Source: an uncultured Omnitrophica bacterium (GTDB taxonomy: Bacteria > Omnitrophota > Gorgyraeia > JACQQV01). Taken from it: a stretch of 64,000 nt of DNA. Position 1 is the stretch's first letter. Each line of letters opens with the position of its first letter. The notes beneath the pieces were generated by a model, which saw only the letters and a program-made list of their open reading frames with translations, ran no database searches and had not been told where the DNA came from. The stretch lies in assembly GCA_947085655.1 (NCBI GenBank), contig CAMTXH010000019.1, forward strand, positions 3,827-67,826, given 5' to 3'. A program made the translations under genes and the position numbers. This document shows positions 9,057-18,981 of this stretch, in pieces.

Positions 9057-10838
9057 TTATGACGCCCCGAGCCGTTTGGCCAAGGCGGCTTTTTCGTCCC
9101 AAAGTTCCTTCGGGACGCGATCGCCGATTTCTCTGAAATGCTCCTCAATCCCCTTCAGTTCTTCCCGCCACTCCTCGCGGTTGATCGAAAGAAGGGCCGT
9201 CAGTTCCTCGTCGGAAAGAGAAAGCCCTCTTCGGTCAATGGCCGAAGGAGCCGGCAGATATCCGATCGCTTCCTCCCTCGCTCCCCCCCGGCCTTCGCAT
9301 CGTTCAACGATCCACCGGAGCACCCGCAGGTTTTCCCCAAATCCGGGCCAGGTGAATTTCCCGTCGGGGCCGATCCGGAACCAGTTCACATGGAAAATCT
9401 TCGGAGGATTCGAAATGCGCTTTCCCATCTCAAGCCAGTGGCGCCAATAATCCCCCATATGATAGCCGCAGAAAGGAAGCATCGCCATCGGATCGCGCCG
9501 GACTACGCCCACTTTGCCGGTGGCGGCTGCGGTCGTTTCGGAAGCCATCGTCGCGCCGACAAAGACCCCGTGCCGCCAGTTTCGGGACTGATACACCAAA
9601 GGCGGCACGCTGGCCCGCCGCCCACCAAAAATAATCGCGCTGATCGGGACTCCTTGCGGGTCTTCCCAATGGGGCGAAATCGACGGACACTGGGAAGCGG
9701 GTGCGGTAAAGCGGGCATTCGGGTGCGCCCCTTTTTCTCCGGAAGTTGGGGTCCAGGGATTCCCTTCCCAGTCGATTCCCTGTTTGGGCGGCTCACCATC
9801 CATCCCCTCCCACCAGACGGTTCCATCCGGTTTCTTGAGGACGTTGGTGTAGAAACTGTTCCGGCTGATCGTTGCCATCGCATTGGGATTCGTTTTGGAA
9901 CTGGTCCCGGGAGCAACGCCGAAAAATCCGTATTCCGGGTTGGTGGCCCAGAGCCGTCCGTCCTTTCCGACCCGCAGCCACGCAATGTCATCCCCAACCG
10001 TCCAGACCTTGTACCCTTTCATCGAGGCGGGCGGGACCAGCATCGCGAGATTCGTCTTCCCGCACTGACTCGGAAAAGCGGCGGCAAGATAGATTGTTTT
10101 CCCGGAAGGGTCCTCCACGCCGATGATCAACATATGCTCGGCCATCCACCCTTCCTTTTTCCCGAGAAAACTCGCAATCCGGAGGGCAAGACATTTCTTG
10201 CCGAGAAGCGCATTCCCCCCATATCCGGAACCGACGCTCCAGATGGTGTTGTCTTCGGGAAAGTGGCAAATGTACTTCCGCTCCGGATTCAAATCCGCTT
10301 TGCTGTGAAGACCGCGTGTAAAATCGTTGGAGTTCCCGAGCTGTTTCCAGGCCACATCCCCCATCCGGGTCATGATCCCCATGTTCAAGGCCACATAGAT
10401 ACTGTCGGTCAACTCAATCCCAACCTTGCTGAAGGGGGAACCGGGCTGACCCATGATAAAAGGGACCACAACCATCGTCCGGCCGCGCATCGCACCGTCA
10501 AAAACCGCTCCCACCTTCCGATACGCTTCCTCGGGATCCATCCAGTAATTGGTCGGGCCGGCGTCTTCTTTATTCCGCGTACAGATAAAGGTCAGTTGTT
10601 CCGTCCGAGCCACATCATTCTGGGCGGAGCGATGCAGATAACAACCAGGGAGTTTTTCCTGGTTCAACTCTTCAAAGTCTCCGACCCGGATCGCCTCCGC
10701 CATCAGTTCCTTCTTTTCCTCCTCGGAGCCGTTGCACCAATAAATCCGGTCCGGCTTGCAGAGGCGGGCCATCTCTTCGACCCATGATAAAACGTGTTTG
10801 TTGTTCGTTCCTGCCTTTGTCATTTCATTTACTTTCAT
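9057..10838 (-). CDS. pckG: phosphoenolpyruvate carboxykinase (GTP)
   Basis: 593 aa with GTP-type PEPCK motifs throughout (kinase-1a-like GSGYGGNALLGKK). The 549-aa plus-strand ORF on the opposite strand is antisense noise. Confidence 0.9.
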   Translation of the reverse strand: MKVNEMTKAGTNNKHVLSWVEEMARLCKPDRIYWCNGSEEEKKELMAEAIRVGDFEELNQEKLPGCYLHRSAQNDVARTEQLTFICTRNKEDAGPTNYWMDPEEAYRKVGAVFDGAMRGRTMVVVPFIMGQPGSPFSKVGIELTDSIYVALNMGIMTRMGDVAWKQLGNSNDFTRGLHSKADLNPERKYICHFPEDNTIWSVGSGYGGNALLGKKCLALRIASFLGKKEGWMAEHMLIIGVEDPSGKTIYLAAAFPSQCGKTNLAMLVPPASMKGYKVWTVGDDIAWLRVGKDGRLWATNPEYGFFGVAPGTSSKTNPNAMATISRNSFYTNVLKKPDGTVWWEGMDGEPPKQGIDWEGNPWTPTSGEKGAHPNARFTAPASQCPSISPHWEDPQGVPISAIIFGGRRASVPPLVYQSRNWRHGVFVGATMASETTAAATGKVGVVRRDPMAMLPFCGYHMGDYWRHWLEMGKRISNPPKIFHVNWFRIGPDGKFTWPGFGENLRVLRWIVERCEGRGGAREEAIGYLPAPSAIDRRGLSLSDEELTALLSINREEWREELKGIEEHFREIGDRVPKELWDEKAALAKRLGAS

Positions 10839-11343
10839 GATTAGACCACGCCTTTTTCTTGAGGTTTTGAACCGTCACTTCCTGAACGGGATACGGCTCG
10901 CAAACCAGTTCATCCGGTTCGAACCAGAGCTTGATTTCCCGTTCCGCCTCCTCCTCGTTGGTGGAGGCATGAATCACATTTTCGTAGATCCCCCGCGTGG
11001 TAATCCGCCCATACGCCCCCCGGATGGAAACCGGATCCGCTTCCTCCGGATTGGTTGCGCCGCAGATCTGCCTCACCTTCTCGATGGCATTTTCTCCCTG
11101 ATACACGAGCGCCAACACCCGCGGGGTATGGAATTCCCCCATCAGATACCGGATCAGGGCTTCGAAAAAGGGTTTGTCTTGCATATGCTGATAGTGCTGA
11201 ATGGCCAATTCCCGGCTCGGTTTCACAACTTTCGCCCCCACAATGATGAGTTTTGTCTCGGAAAGCCGGGTCAGAATATTACCGGTCAGTGATTTTTTCA
11301 GTCCATCTGGTTTGATGAGAACGAGCGTTTGTTTCTGAGCCAA
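10825..11343 (-). CDS. ndk: nucleoside diphosphate kinase (with about 25-aa C-terminal extension)
   Basis: 172 aa with an NDK core (LVLIKPDG...NVIHASTNEE; catalytic His in NVIHAS). Confidence 0.9.
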   Translation of the reverse strand: MAQKQTLVLIKPDGLKKSLTGNILTRLSETKLIIVGAKVVKPSRELAIQHYQHMQDKPFFEALIRYLMGEFHTPRVLALVYQGENAIEKVRQICGATNPEEADPVSIRGAYGRITTRGIYENVIHASTNEEEAEREIKLWFEPDELVCEPYPVQEVTVQNLKKKAWSNHESK

Positions 11344-11349
11344 AGAATT

Positions 11350-12186
11350 TTATCCTCTTGTTGTCCGAAAGAGTCGAATCAGACGTTCCCGCTCGGCGGG
11401 TGAGTAGTATTCGACGACGATTTTTCCCTTGCCCTTCCGGTCCGCAATCCGGACCTTGGTCCCCAAAATGCGCTGCAGTTCTTCTTCCACCCGCCGGACC
11501 GCTTCGTCTCTCGGCGGGGTTGTCTTCTTTTTGGATGTCCGGCTGATCCCTTCGGTCTCCCGGACGGTGAGGTTTGAACGGCGAATCTCTTCGAAAAGAG
11601 CGAGCCGCTCGGTGTCGGTCCCTTTAGACAGAATCGCCCGCGCATGGCCCATCGTGAGTTCCCGCCGGATCAGGGCATCTTGAATCGGCTTCGGAAGCCC
11701 CAAAAGACGGATGGTATTCGTCACAGAAGAACGGTCCTTCCCGACCACCTCTGCGACCTCCTCCTGTTTCATCCGGAATTCCTCGACGAGCCGCTGGTAC
11801 GCCCGCGCCTGCTCGATCGGATTTAAATCATCCCGCTGGACATTTTCAACGATGGAACAACGGAGGGCCTCCTCGTCGTTCATCTCCCGGACCACCGCCG
11901 GAATTTCAAGAAGACCGGCCGCCTGGGCCGCCCGGAACCGCCGTTCCCCGCAGACGATTTCATAACCGTCGCTCTTGGGCCGGACCAGAACCGGCTGCAC
12001 AATCCCGCTCCGCCGGATGGAGGCCTTCAACTCTTCAAGGGCCGCCGGGTCAAAATGAACCCGCGGTTGACTCGGATTGGAGCGGATTCTTGCAATCGGC
12101 AAAAAATGGGGTGACCCTCCTTCCGGTTGTTCCGCCTCCGGGATCAGCGCCCGGAGCCCCCTTCCCAAAACTTTCCGTTCCGCCAT
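11350..12186 (-). CDS. parB: chromosome partitioning protein ParB/Spo0J
   Basis: 278 aa with the ParB N-terminal box (GIVQPVLVRP...YEIVCGERRFRAA) and an HTH region. Confidence 0.9.
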   Translation of the reverse strand: MAERKVLGRGLRALIPEAEQPEGGSPHFLPIARIRSNPSQPRVHFDPAALEELKASIRRSGIVQPVLVRPKSDGYEIVCGERRFRAAQAAGLLEIPAVVREMNDEEALRCSIVENVQRDDLNPIEQARAYQRLVEEFRMKQEEVAEVVGKDRSSVTNTIRLLGLPKPIQDALIRRELTMGHARAILSKGTDTERLALFEEIRRSNLTVRETEGISRTSKKKTTPPRDEAVRRVEEELQRILGTKVRIADRKGKGKIVVEYYSPAERERLIRLFRTTRG

Positions 12187-12959
12187 TATGCCGCCTCGAC
12201 TGTTGTGGTCAGGATTTCCTGGCCGAGTTCGCGATACTTTTGCGCCCCAAGGCAGTGATCGTCATACAATGCGATCGGCTTTCCGAAACCGGGCGCCTCA
12301 CTCAGGCGGACGCTCCTCGGAATCACCGTCTGATAGACCTTTTCCTTGAAAAAATTGCGCGCCTCCTGAATGACCTCTTCGGTGAGATTGGTCCGATAAT
12401 CGGCCATCGTCAGAAGGACCCCTCGGAGAACCAGCGTCGGATTAAGCCGCTCCCGTACCAGAGTCATGGTCCGGGTAAGCTGCGAAAGTCCCTCCAGGGC
12501 GTAATACTCACACTGCATCGGGATAATCACCGAATGGGCCGCCACCAGCGCATTCATCGTCAAAAGTCCGAGGGAGGGGGGTGAATCAATAAAAATAAAA
12601 TCGTACTGCCCCACTAAAGGCGAGAGCGCCCGCTTGAGTTTTCCCTCCCGGCCGATTTCTGAAACAAGCGTCACCTCCGCTCCCATTAAATCTTCATTGG
12701 ATGGGATTAAAAAAAGCCCTTGAATTTCTGTTGGACGAACAAGCTGCTCAAAAGGAGACTCATTCATCAAAAGTTGAAAAGTCCCCTCCTTCACGCTTTG
12801 CCTGTCAATTCCAAGACCGCTGGTCGCATTGGCCTGCGGGTCAAGATCCACAAGAAGAATCTTTTTCCCGGAGAGGGCAAGATACGTGGAAAGGTTGATC
12901 GCGGTTGTGGTCTTTCCAACCCCCCCTTTTTGATTGCAAACCGCGATGGTTTCTTTCAT
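12186..12959 (-). CDS. parA: chromosome partitioning ATPase ParA/Soj
   Basis: 257 aa with deviant Walker A NQKGGVGKTTTAINL. Confidence 0.9.
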   Translation of the reverse strand: MKETIAVCNQKGGVGKTTTAINLSTYLALSGKKILLVDLDPQANATSGLGIDRQSVKEGTFQLLMNESPFEQLVRPTEIQGLFLIPSNEDLMGAEVTLVSEIGREGKLKRALSPLVGQYDFIFIDSPPSLGLLTMNALVAAHSVIIPMQCEYYALEGLSQLTRTMTLVRERLNPTLVLRGVLLTMADYRTNLTEEVIQEARNFFKEKVYQTVIPRSVRLSEAPGFGKPIALYDDHCLGAQKYRELGQEILTTTVEAA

Positions 12960-13054
12960 AACACTTTTATTTACAAATAGTTACGGAAATAACAGCGAAT
13001 CGCCGAACCCATTTGCATGGTCTCTTATTAGTTTAACAAATTGAGCGCCGTGAG

Positions 13055-14887
13055 TCAATGATCTCTTTGGGATTCCAGAGCGACCAACAAAACAGACAGA
13101 TCGCTCGGTGCAACGCCCTGAATACGGCCTGCCTGGCCGAGAGATTCCGGTTTTATCTTGATTAATTTCTCAAGCGCTTCTTTTTTGAGCCCTTTCACCT
13201 GCAGAAAATCGAAATCTCTTGGAATGACTTTTCGTTCAAGCCGCGAAAGACGCCTGGCCGATTGAAGTTCTTTCTGAATATATCCTTCGTATTTGACTTC
13301 AAGTTCCACCTGCGTCCGGATCTCCTCGGGGATTTCGTTCAACATTTCCGACGGAAGCGGAAGATTTTCGAACCCAACTTCCGGCCGACGAAGAATTTCA
13401 TCAAACCGTTTGCTTCCGGCGCGGAAAGTTTTGAGCCGTTCGACGACCTGGCGAATTCTCCGTTTCTTCTCGAGGCAGGTATCGTATTGGGCGTCTGAAA
13501 TCAACCCGATCTGGTGGCCATGCTTCATGAGCCGGAGGTCCGCGTTATCCTGGCGAAGAAGGAGTCGATATTCCGCGCGCGAGGTAAAAATCCGATACGG
13601 CTCCTCAACCCCCTTGGTAACAAGATCATCGATCACCACCCCGATATATGCCTCTGAACGTTTTAAGATGAACGATTTTTCCCCCCGGATTTTTTGCGCC
13701 GCATTGATGCCGGCCATGATCCCCTGACAGGCCGCCTCTTCATATCCGGTGGTGCCGTTAATCTGACCGGCCAAAAAGAGATTCTCGACTCTTTTTGTCT
13801 CAAGACTTCTTTCAAGTTGCGTCGGAGGGACATAGTCATATTCGACCGCATACCCGAACCGCATGATTTCCGCTTTTTCAAGCCCCTTGATGGTCCGAAC
13901 ATAGGCGATCTGAACATCGATCGGCAGGCTCGTCGAGACGCCGTTCAGATACCATTCTTCTGTATTCCTCCCTTCCGGCTCAAAAAAGATCTGGTGGCGC
14001 GTCTTTCCCGGGAACCGGACCACCTTGTCCTCAATGGAGGGACAATAGCGGGGCCCGACTCCCTTGATCCTTCCGGCGTAAAGGGGTGAGCGGTGGAGGT
14101 TTTCCCGGATGATGGCGTGGGTCCTCTCGTTGGTGTAGCCGATGTAGCACGGGATCTGCTGCTGCCTGATCTTAATCGTTGAAAATGAAAATGGAACCGG
14201 GTGCGGATCCCCCGGCTGCATCTCAAGCTTGGAAAAATCGATTGAGCGGCGGTTGACTCTTGGAGGGGTCCCTGTTTTAAGACGCCCCACCTCAAATCCG
14301 AGTTTTCGGAGGGCATCCGAGAGAGTTCCGCCCGGCGGCTCTCCCATTCTTCCTCCATCCTTCTGATTCTCTCCCATATGAAGGAGCCCCTTCAAAAAGG
14401 TCCCTGTGGTGATGATGGCTGTCCTGCAACGATATTGGACCCCTTCCTGAGTCCCGATACCGACGACTCTTCCCCCCTCAACCAAAATTTCTGAGGCGGT
14501 TCCCTGCTTGATATCAAGGTGCTCCTGTTTTTCCAGAACATGCTTCATGGTGAACTGGTAGAGCTTCTTATCTGCCTGGGCCCGAGGGGCCCAGACAGCC
14601 GGTCCCTTTTTGGTATTCAGCATCCGGAACTGAATCCCTGTCCGGTCGATGACCTTTCCCATCTCGCCGCCAAGGGCATCGATCTCCCGCACCAGATGCC
14701 CCTTCCCAAGCCCCCCGATCGCAGGATTGCAGGACATCTGGGCAATCGTATCCAGATTCATGGTGAGGAGAAGGGTGTTAAACCCAAGCCGGGCGGTTGC
14801 CAAAGCCGCCTCGCACCCGGCATGACCGGCTCCGACCACAATGATGTCGTACGCCTTATCATAGGCAAAATGTTCCACGTGAAACAT
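13055..14887 (-). CDS. mnmG: tRNA uridine 5-carboxymethylaminomethyl modification enzyme MnmG (GidA)
   Basis: 610 aa with FAD-binding N-terminus DIIVVGAGHAGCEAALATARLG and the GidA family C-terminus. Confidence 0.95.
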   Translation of the reverse strand: MFHVEHFAYDKAYDIIVVGAGHAGCEAALATARLGFNTLLLTMNLDTIAQMSCNPAIGGLGKGHLVREIDALGGEMGKVIDRTGIQFRMLNTKKGPAVWAPRAQADKKLYQFTMKHVLEKQEHLDIKQGTASEILVEGGRVVGIGTQEGVQYRCRTAIITTGTFLKGLLHMGENQKDGGRMGEPPGGTLSDALRKLGFEVGRLKTGTPPRVNRRSIDFSKLEMQPGDPHPVPFSFSTIKIRQQQIPCYIGYTNERTHAIIRENLHRSPLYAGRIKGVGPRYCPSIEDKVVRFPGKTRHQIFFEPEGRNTEEWYLNGVSTSLPIDVQIAYVRTIKGLEKAEIMRFGYAVEYDYVPPTQLERSLETKRVENLFLAGQINGTTGYEEAACQGIMAGINAAQKIRGEKSFILKRSEAYIGVVIDDLVTKGVEEPYRIFTSRAEYRLLLRQDNADLRLMKHGHQIGLISDAQYDTCLEKKRRIRQVVERLKTFRAGSKRFDEILRRPEVGFENLPLPSEMLNEIPEEIRTQVELEVKYEGYIQKELQSARRLSRLERKVIPRDFDFLQVKGLKKEALEKLIKIKPESLGQAGRIQGVAPSDLSVLLVALESQRDH

Positions 14888-14901
14888 TCCTCCCTGAGCC
14901 C

Positions 14902-16518
14902 TTAACTGACCACCCCTCTTGACAGAAAAAATTTCTGGGTAATAATCATAACTATATTATTTGTAAGCCAATAGAGAACGAGCCCGGACGGAAGGCCGTA
15001 GAAGATCACACCAAAGATAAAGGGCATCATTGTTGTCATCATTCGTTGCGTCTCCCCCTCGGGGCCGGTCGGGGCAGGGCCTGGCGACATCAATTTTTGC
15101 TGGAGGTACATCGCCAACATCATCAGAATGGGAAGGATATTGATGGCGCTCCCCAAAGGCCCTAATTGAAATGGGAGTGGGATCGCCCGGTCCGGGAGGG
15201 AAAGGTCCTTGATAAAAAGAAATGGTGCCCCTTTCAGTTCGATGGAATGAATCAAGGCCTGATAAAATGCGATGAAAATCGGCATCTGAATCAACATTGG
15301 GAGGCATCCCCCAAGAGGATTGACTTTATGCTTCTTATAAAGCGCCATGATTTCTTTGTTCATTTTTTGGGGATTGTCTTTATAAAGCTCCCGGAGTTTA
15401 TTCATCTCTGGTTGTATTAACTTCATTCTTTGCATGGACTTATAACTCACCCCGCTCAGCGGAAGAAGAAGGATCGAGACGATCACGGTGAGGAGGATGA
15501 TAGAAAGACCGTAGTTTTTTACCCCCTTTTGAATGTGGGTTAAGGCCCACAACATCATTTTGGTGATCCCACCAAACATTCCGTAATCAACGACCGTCTC
15601 CGCCCATGGGGAAAGTTTTTTGAGTTCCGAAAGCCGGTTCGGGCCAAGGTATATTTGAAAAGATTCTTTCAGCTCCCCTTTAGGAGGAAGGGTCTGGGGG
15701 ACTGAGCCGACCCGAAAGACCAGGCTCTCTCCATCCTCGGTGGTAGAGACGGCATAGCCGGAAAGGGCTGCCGCTGGGCTTAGAATGATACTGAAATACT
15801 TCTCCTTGAGGGCAACCCACTGCGGATCTTCATCCGAGACGATCCCCTTTTTGGGAACCTTCCCGGCATGAAAAGCGCGCCGCTTTCCTCCTGTAAAAAC
15901 AACCGCCTCAAAAAAACGCTTCTCATCCGGATAAAGTCTTGATAATGCAACCAATTGGTAATAAAGAGGTAATGTATTTTCAGAAAGGTTTTTAAAGGAG
16001 TAGGAGAGCTTTAGAATATACGGGGAATCGGTCAATTCCACCCTCTTTTCAACCTGGATCAGGCCCTCTGCAGAAACACCCTGAAAAACAAATCTTTGGG
16101 CATTTTGCTCCACCTCCCTGTATAAAATCCATTCTATATTGGGTGTTTTGAACCACAGATTCCCTATAGAATTGCTTACGCCCCCCACTTTTACTAATTC
16201 CAGCGGTTCCCCGTTCTTGTCCAGATAGTCTTTCATTGAAACAGATTGAATAGACCCCTCGTTTGGGTGGATCGCGACGATCATTTTCTCTGTTTCAAGA
16301 AAAAGAGGAGGGGCAGTCGGCTCCTTCTCGCTTGGCACTACCGGCGTTGACTCGAGAGGGAGCGATTCCAGCGCCTCCGGAAGGGGCCTGGTTGTTTTAG
16401 AGGGAGGAAGGGGCTCCTTTTGGGAAGGGAGAGGACCGTAGACCTTACTAATCAGGTAAGGATACCCAAGTAGAACAAGAAGAGAAAGGATAAAGGCCAG
16501 GAGAAAGCGCCTTTCCAT
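14902..16518 (-). CDS. yidC: membrane protein insertase YidC
   Basis: 538 aa with a periplasmic domain plus the C-terminal 5-TM 60-kDa IMP region (GCLPMLIQMPIFIAFY). Confidence 0.9.
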   Translation of the reverse strand: MERRFLLAFILSLLVLLGYPYLISKVYGPLPSQKEPLPPSKTTRPLPEALESLPLESTPVVPSEKEPTAPPLFLETEKMIVAIHPNEGSIQSVSMKDYLDKNGEPLELVKVGGVSNSIGNLWFKTPNIEWILYREVEQNAQRFVFQGVSAEGLIQVEKRVELTDSPYILKLSYSFKNLSENTLPLYYQLVALSRLYPDEKRFFEAVVFTGGKRRAFHAGKVPKKGIVSDEDPQWVALKEKYFSIILSPAAALSGYAVSTTEDGESLVFRVGSVPQTLPPKGELKESFQIYLGPNRLSELKKLSPWAETVVDYGMFGGITKMMLWALTHIQKGVKNYGLSIILLTVIVSILLLPLSGVSYKSMQRMKLIQPEMNKLRELYKDNPQKMNKEIMALYKKHKVNPLGGCLPMLIQMPIFIAFYQALIHSIELKGAPFLFIKDLSLPDRAIPLPFQLGPLGSAINILPILMMLAMYLQQKLMSPGPAPTGPEGETQRMMTTMMPFIFGVIFYGLPSGLVLYWLTNNIVMIITQKFFLSRGVVS

Positions 16519-16526
16519 CGTTTTCC

Positions 16527-16811
16527 TTAACGCGAAGGAGGCGGGGGTTCATCCACGCCTCCCTCCGAAAACGGACGGCAACGGAAAAGGCGCCTTGTGG
16601 CATAATAGAGCCCCTGAAAAGCCCCGTGGGAATGAATCGCTTCGAGGGCATAGTGGGAACAGGAAGGGTAAAACCGGCACTTTCCGACGAGAAAAGGGGA
16701 GAGTCCTAATTGGTAAAGCCGGATCAAACAAAGAAGAGATCCCTTCAGGAGCGATTCTCCAACTGCCTGAAGTGATTTTCGATTTCTTGTCGGATGGCTT
16801 GAAATGTCCAT
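16527..16811 (-). CDS. yidD: membrane protein insertion efficiency factor YidD (true start probably near 16750)
   Basis: Motif LIRLYQLGLSPFLVGKCRFYPSCSHYALEAI. The ORF's N-terminal 20 codons overlap the rnpA 3' end. Confidence 0.8.
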   Translation of the reverse strand: MDISSHPTRNRKSLQAVGESLLKGSLLCLIRLYQLGLSPFLVGKCRFYPSCSHYALEAIHSHGAFQGLYYATRRLFRCRPFSEGGVDEPPPPSR

Positions 16812-17059
16812 TTTTCCTTTCGTTTCACCCGGATCAGAAACCCTTTGGCTCCGCCGGCCGGTTTGCCTTCTTCCTTTTGAAAAAGCCGGACCGCCTCACG
16901 GATCTGCCGGCGGACCCGGTTTCGGGAAGTGCTGTTCGGATAAAGAGCGCGCGGAATTGAAATTCCGAAATTTCCTTCTTCGCTACCTAATTTATTATAA
17001 ATAAAAAGGTTAGACCATTTTCCTTTTGAGGTAAAAAGGGGGGGAGGTCTTTTCCTCAC
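16745..17059 (-). CDS. rnpA: ribonuclease P protein component
   Basis: C-terminal 104 aa of the 234-aa track ORF match RnpA ([13 protein letters not shown] motif). A GTG start at 17057-17059 overlaps the rpmH TGA stop (GTGA). The upstream part of the track ORF is out-of-frame read-through across rpmH. Confidence 0.75.
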   Translation of the reverse strand: MRKRPPPLFTSKGKWSNLFIYNKLGSEEGNFGISIPRALYPNSTSRNRVRRQIREAVRLFQKEEGKPAGGAKGFLIRVKRKEKWTFQAIRQEIENHFRQLENRS

Positions 17060-17193
17060 GGAGCAAGGCGTTTCCGGCCCTTCCGCCGCCTCCGGGCAAA
17101 GACCTTTCGGCCGCCCTTTGAGTGCATCCGGCGGCGAAAACCGTGGACCCGCTTGCGTCGAAGGTTGGACTTTCGCGTCAGCCGTTTCTTCAT
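17056..17193 (-). CDS. rpmH: 50S ribosomal protein L34
   Basis: 45 aa, [45 protein letters not shown]. Too short for the 60-aa track cutoff; found by manual translation. Confidence 0.9.
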   Translation of the reverse strand: MKKRLTRKSNLRRKRVHGFRRRMHSKGGRKVFARRRRKGRKRLAP

Positions 17194-17511
17194 GGGTAGA
17201 TGGAAAATTATAAAAATATCCCTTTCTCCCGTCAAGGAAAATCTCTCGAAAAAATTTCTTGAATCCCACTTTTTTGCCTGCTATAATGAGGCCGATTTTT
17301 GGAATTCTCGTCGAAATGACCCCGATAAAAATCGGAAAAGAGGATAGAATACCCCCCTGTGAATAACATGTGTGTAACGGGTAGCTCCGGGCAGGGAAGG
17401 GGGGTTTCAAAAACGGACCCTCCAAGCGTAGATATCGTCTAACTTCCAAAAACGACCCTTGTTAAGGAAAAGGGTTCCCTGTGGATGAACCTTTGAACAT
17501 GTGGATAACCT
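17194..17511. promoter_or_regulatory. candidate oriC / dnaA promoter region (rpmH-dnaA intergenic)
   Basis: Gene-strand polarity switches here. AT-rich stretch at about 17200-17345. DnaA-box-like 9-mers TGTGAATAA (17358), TGTGGATGA (17480), TGTGGATAA (17500), TGTGGATTT (17511) in direct orientation; the consensus is TTATCCACA or its complement. Confidence 0.6.
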
Positions 17512-18882
17512 GTGGATTTTCCAATGGATGACCCTAAAAAAAGAGCTCGTGAAATCTGGCAGGAAACTCTCTCGGTTCTAAAGGAAAGGCTCGGTTCCCG
17601 GAACCACGAAACATGGTTTCACGGGACGCGCGGAATCAATATTCAAAACGGCGCCATCACGGTTTCGGTCCCGAACAAATTCTGCAAGGAGTGGATTGAG
17701 GACAAATACCGTTCTCTCATCAGAGAGGCGGTCGATGCGGCCGGATCCAAGGAGTTGGATGTGGAGTTTGTGGTGCAGGAAGGGGAGTTGATTACGGAAG
17801 AGGCGCCGGAGGCCCCGCCGGTTGAGATCAAGCAGGAAAAGCCGGGTTTCCTTTCTTACGGCGAAAGTCCGTTTAACCCCCGCTACACATTCGATTCCTT
17901 TGTCGTCGGTCCGAGTAACCGTTTTGCCCAGGCCGCCTCCTTGGCGGTTGCAGAAAGTCCTGCCCGGGCCTACAACCCCCTTTTCATCTATGGAGGGGTC
18001 GGTCTCGGGAAGACCCATCTGATGCAGGCGATCGGCCAGGCCCTTCTCCAAAAAAACCCGAACGCCAAGATCCTTTATATTTCGAGTGAGCGGTTCACCA
18101 ACCAGCTCATCACAGCCATTCAGAACCGGACGACGCTTTCTTTCCGTGAGAAATACCGGAATCTGGACGCCCTTTTAATCGACGACATCCATTTCATCGC
18201 CGGCAAGGAGGCGACCCAGGAGGAATTTTTCCATACCTTTAATACCCTGTACGATGCCCATAGGCAGATTATTCTTTCGAGCGATCGGCCCCCAAAGGAG
18301 ATCCAGGCCCTGGAAGAGCGGCTGGTCTCCCGTTTTGAGTGGGGACTGGTGACCGATATTCAAAAACCGGACCTGGAAACCCGGATCGCCATCCTCCGGA
18401 AAAAAATCGAGATGAACCGCGTCTCCGTGCCGGAGGAGGCGCTCCTTTTCATCGCCGAGAAGGTGACTTCAAACATCCGTGAGCTTGAGGGGGCTCTGAT
18501 GCGAGTGGTGGCCTATTCCTCGATTTTTGAAAAGGAAATTACTTCAGGACTGGCTAAGGAAGTCTTGAAGGAAATGCTCCTTGAAGAGGAAAAGCGGGTC
18601 ACGGTGGATCTGATCCAAAAGAAGGTGGCGGAGCATTTTGACATCCGGATCCAGGATATGAAGGTAAAAAGGCGAAGCAAGGCGGTTGCTTATCCGAGGC
18701 AGATTGCCATGTACCTTGTCCGGGAAATGACGGATCACTCCCTCCCGGAAATCGGGGAGTTTTTTGGGGGGAGAGACCATACGACGGTCCTCTACGCGCA
18801 TCAGCGGATTCAAAAAGAACTCAAGGGAAATCAACAGGCCCAACACCTTATCCACAAACTTATCTCGGATATAACATCCTGA
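17512..18882 (+). CDS. dnaA: chromosomal replication initiator DnaA
   Basis: 456 aa with AAA+ Walker A GGVGLGKTHLMQAIG and C-terminal DNA-binding domain. GTG start. Confidence 0.95.
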   Translation: MDFPMDDPKKRAREIWQETLSVLKERLGSRNHETWFHGTRGINIQNGAITVSVPNKFCKEWIEDKYRSLIREAVDAAGSKELDVEFVVQEGELITEEAPEAPPVEIKQEKPGFLSYGESPFNPRYTFDSFVVGPSNRFAQAASLAVAESPARAYNPLFIYGGVGLGKTHLMQAIGQALLQKNPNAKILYISSERFTNQLITAIQNRTTLSFREKYRNLDALLIDDIHFIAGKEATQEEFFHTFNTLYDAHRQIILSSDRPPKEIQALEERLVSRFEWGLVTDIQKPDLETRIAILRKKIEMNRVSVPEEALLFIAEKVTSNIRELEGALMRVVAYSSIFEKEITSGLAKEVLKEMLLEEEKRVTVDLIQKKVAEHFDIRIQDMKVKRRSKAVAYPRQIAMYLVREMTDHSLPEIGEFFGGRDHTTVLYAHQRIQKELKGNQQAQHLIHKLISDITS

Positions 18883-18981
18883 TGCTAGGGGGGTATGAGG
18901 GTTCTAGACACATTCACAGTCTCTAATAAGTACTACTACTTTTTAATTAAGTAACTAAGTAACAAAAAGAAGGAGGAGACC

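Noticed and set aside
9138-10787. 549-aa plus-strand ORF
   Set aside because: It lies entirely antisense to pckG, whose product matches GTP-PEPCK along its full length. The product is low-complexity and P/R/G-rich, typical of a GC-rich antisense frame.
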